From Nitrospira japonica (lineage in GTDB: Bacteria > Nitrospirota > Thermodesulfovibrionia > Thermodesulfovibrionales > DYHX01), in contig DYHX01000001.1 of assembly GCA_020723925.1 (NCBI GenBank), forward strand, positions 5,687 through 69,686: 64,000 nt of DNA, read 5' to 3'. Positions within the stretch are counted from its first letter, which is position 1; each line of letters begins with the position of its first letter. A program made the position numbers and the translations under genes. The notes beneath the pieces are model-generated. The model had not been told where the DNA came from and did not search any database. It saw only the letters and a program-made list of their open reading frames with translations. Below are positions 62,446 through 64,000 of this stretch, piece by piece.

Positions 62446-63876
62446 ATGACACGGAGAAACGGTGAATGGGGGAAACGTAGAATGAAAAAAATGGCAAAGA
62501 TAAAATTCTCCTGTGTCTCCGCGTCTCCGCGTCTCCGTTTCATTGGTTGTTTTTTAATCTTCCTTTCGATTGCCACCATCGCCTCTGCTGAGGAACTTAA
62601 CCTCCAGAACCTGATTAACGAGGCATTGAAAAATAATCATGAAATTTTTGCCTCTGAATCAAGGGTATCAGCCTCAAAATACAGAGTGCCTCAGGTAAAG
62701 AGCCTTCCCGATCCAATGTTCATGTTCGGCTATCAGAATGAAGGATGGAGGCGATATACATACGGTGAAATGGAGGGTGCGCAGTGGATGTTCTCTGCGT
62801 CTCAAATGTTCCCATTCCCTGGAAAACTATCTTTAAAGGGTGAGATGGCCTCAAGGGATGCAGAAAGCCTGAAGGCAGCTTCTGATGCTATACGGTTAAA
62901 AACCATAGCAAAAGTCAAAGAACTTTACTATGACCTGTTCCTTGCCTACAAGGATATTGACCTTATAAGAGATAAAACCGCACTTTTTTCGAGGATAGAG
63001 GATGCAGCCCTTGCTCGATATTCATCAGGGATGGCGCCACAGCAAGAGGTGTTAATGGCTCAAACAGAAAAGTACATGCTCCTTGAGAAAGAAGAGATGT
63101 TAAAGCAGAAGATCCAATCCATTGAAGCGATGCTCAATACAACCATAGGCAGGGATGTCAACTCGCCCCTCGGCAGGCCTGTTGAACCATCATATACTGT
63201 GCATAGTCGAAGCATGGATGAGCTACTTAAAATAGCATTTGAAAATTCCCCCGAGATAAAATCCAGAGAAAAGATGATCGCCTCAGCAGATGCAAAGGTT
63301 CAAATGGCCAAAAAAGAATACTATCCTGATTTCACCCTCGTAGCAAGCCTCTTTGAAAGAAGGGGTGAGTTTCAGGATATGTGGAGTCTCACAACCACCA
63401 TCAATATACCCATCTTCTATAAGACAAAACAGAGGCAGGCTGTTCACGAGGCAGAGGCATCCTTATCAGAGGCGAGGCATGAACTGGAGGGGGCTAAATA
63501 TATGCTTTCTGCAAGCATAAGGGATAATTACTCCATGATTAAGACAGCAGAGAAACTGATGGGACTATACAAAAATGGTTTAATTCCAAAGACCTATCAG
63601 GACTTTGAATTAGCCATTGCTGGATATATAACAGGAAAGGTGGAAGCCATAACTGTTATATCAAGGCTTAAATCACTCATTGACTTCGAGATTTTATACT
63701 GGGGACAATTTATGGAGAGGGAAAAGGCAAGGGCGAGACTTGAAGCAATAACAGGAGTCAGCAGTCAGGAGTCAGGGAGAGAGGGAATAATAAAAATTGT
63801 CATTCCCGTGAAAACGGGAATCCAGAAAACAAATGTATCGATTCCTGCTCCCCGCTTTCGCGGGGACAACCCCTGA
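62446..63876 (+). CDS. TolC/CusC-family outer-membrane efflux protein
   Basis: Two OEP repeats. The N-terminal about 30 codons and the C-terminal about 40 codons are encoded by repeat DNA, so the true ends are uncertain. Confidence 0.75.
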   Translation: MTRRNGEWGKRRMKKMAKIKFSCVSASPRLRFIGCFLIFLSIATIASAEELNLQNLINEALKNNHEIFASESRVSASKYRVPQVKSLPDPMFMFGYQNEGWRRYTYGEMEGAQWMFSASQMFPFPGKLSLKGEMASRDAESLKAASDAIRLKTIAKVKELYYDLFLAYKDIDLIRDKTALFSRIEDAALARYSSGMAPQQEVLMAQTEKYMLLEKEEMLKQKIQSIEAMLNTTIGRDVNSPLGRPVEPSYTVHSRSMDELLKIAFENSPEIKSREKMIASADAKVQMAKKEYYPDFTLVASLFERRGEFQDMWSLTTTINIPIFYKTKQRQAVHEAEASLSEARHELEGAKYMLSASIRDNYSMIKTAEKLMGLYKNGLIPKTYQDFELAIAGYITGKVEAITVISRLKSLIDFEILYWGQFMEREKARARLEAITGVSSQESGREGIIKIVIPVKTGIQKTNVSIPAPRFRGDNP

Positions 63877-63914
63877 TTTAATCAGGGGCCTGCGGAAGCA
63901 GGGGCAGGAATGAC
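63799..63914. repeat. GTCATTCC...GGAATGAC-bounded composite palindromic element
   Basis: Terminal inverted repeats plus three internal hairpins (cccgtgaaaacggg, ccccgctttcgcgggg, cccctgatttaatcagggg). Confidence 0.75.
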
Positions 63915-63932
63915 AAGAAGAAGGTATTGCAG

Positions 63933-64000
63933 ATGAAAAAAAGAAATTTAATAATCTTTGCTGGTTTAGTCTTAATAACAGGGCTTTTACTTTATTTCTC
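63933..64000 (+). CDS. Start of a membrane-anchored protein (possibly the efflux adaptor), truncated by window end
   Basis: ATG followed by MKKRNLIIFAGLVLITGLLLYF. The function is guessed from operon context only. Confidence 0.3.
   Translation, partial: MKKRNLIIFAGLVLITGLLLYF

Overview
This is a 64-kb chromosomal window from an anaerobic bacterium. Gene content and repeat style suggest a Nitrospirota/Thermodesulfovibrio-like lineage, but that is a guess I cannot verify without a search. I support about 57 protein-coding genes, 2 tRNAs (Glu-CUC, Gln-CUG), 1 clear pseudogene and many short repeats. Most genes are housekeeping: HtrA tail, tatA/B-tatC, addAB, deoB, hsp20, inositol-phosphate synthase plus a CDP-alcohol transferase, cobO, lolCDE, lysS, a MacAB/HlyD/TolC-type efflux operon, nrdR, glyA, rpiB, radA, thiD, hpt, queD, pmbA, an AOR, acyl-CoA dehydrogenase with EtfBA, fabD, an NtrC-type regulator and a metal-efflux operon start. 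The stand-out locus is 15.6-25.0 kb. It is a same-strand cluster of a TvNiR-like octahaem cytochrome c (7 CXXCH + 1 CXXCK), a monohaem beta-sandwich cytochrome, an unusually long (1111 aa) Tat-exported NapA-like molybdoenzyme, a SurA-N-like lipoprotein, NapG, NapH and two NapD-like chaperones. It has no NapB, NapC or NrfH, so it may be a self-contained periplasmic nitrate-to-ammonium module with non-canonical wiring. The second theme is a dense, modular population of short repeats. These include GTAG-headed palindromes organised as MITE/REPIN-like units, hairpin modules showing compensatory base changes, GTCATT...AATGAC-bounded elements, and 7-8-nt tandem blocks. Some of these are read through inside conserved genes. 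A RAYT-type Y1 transposase gene, bracketed by its own inverted repeats, lies in the same window. All homology calls come from reading motifs by eye; no database search was run.
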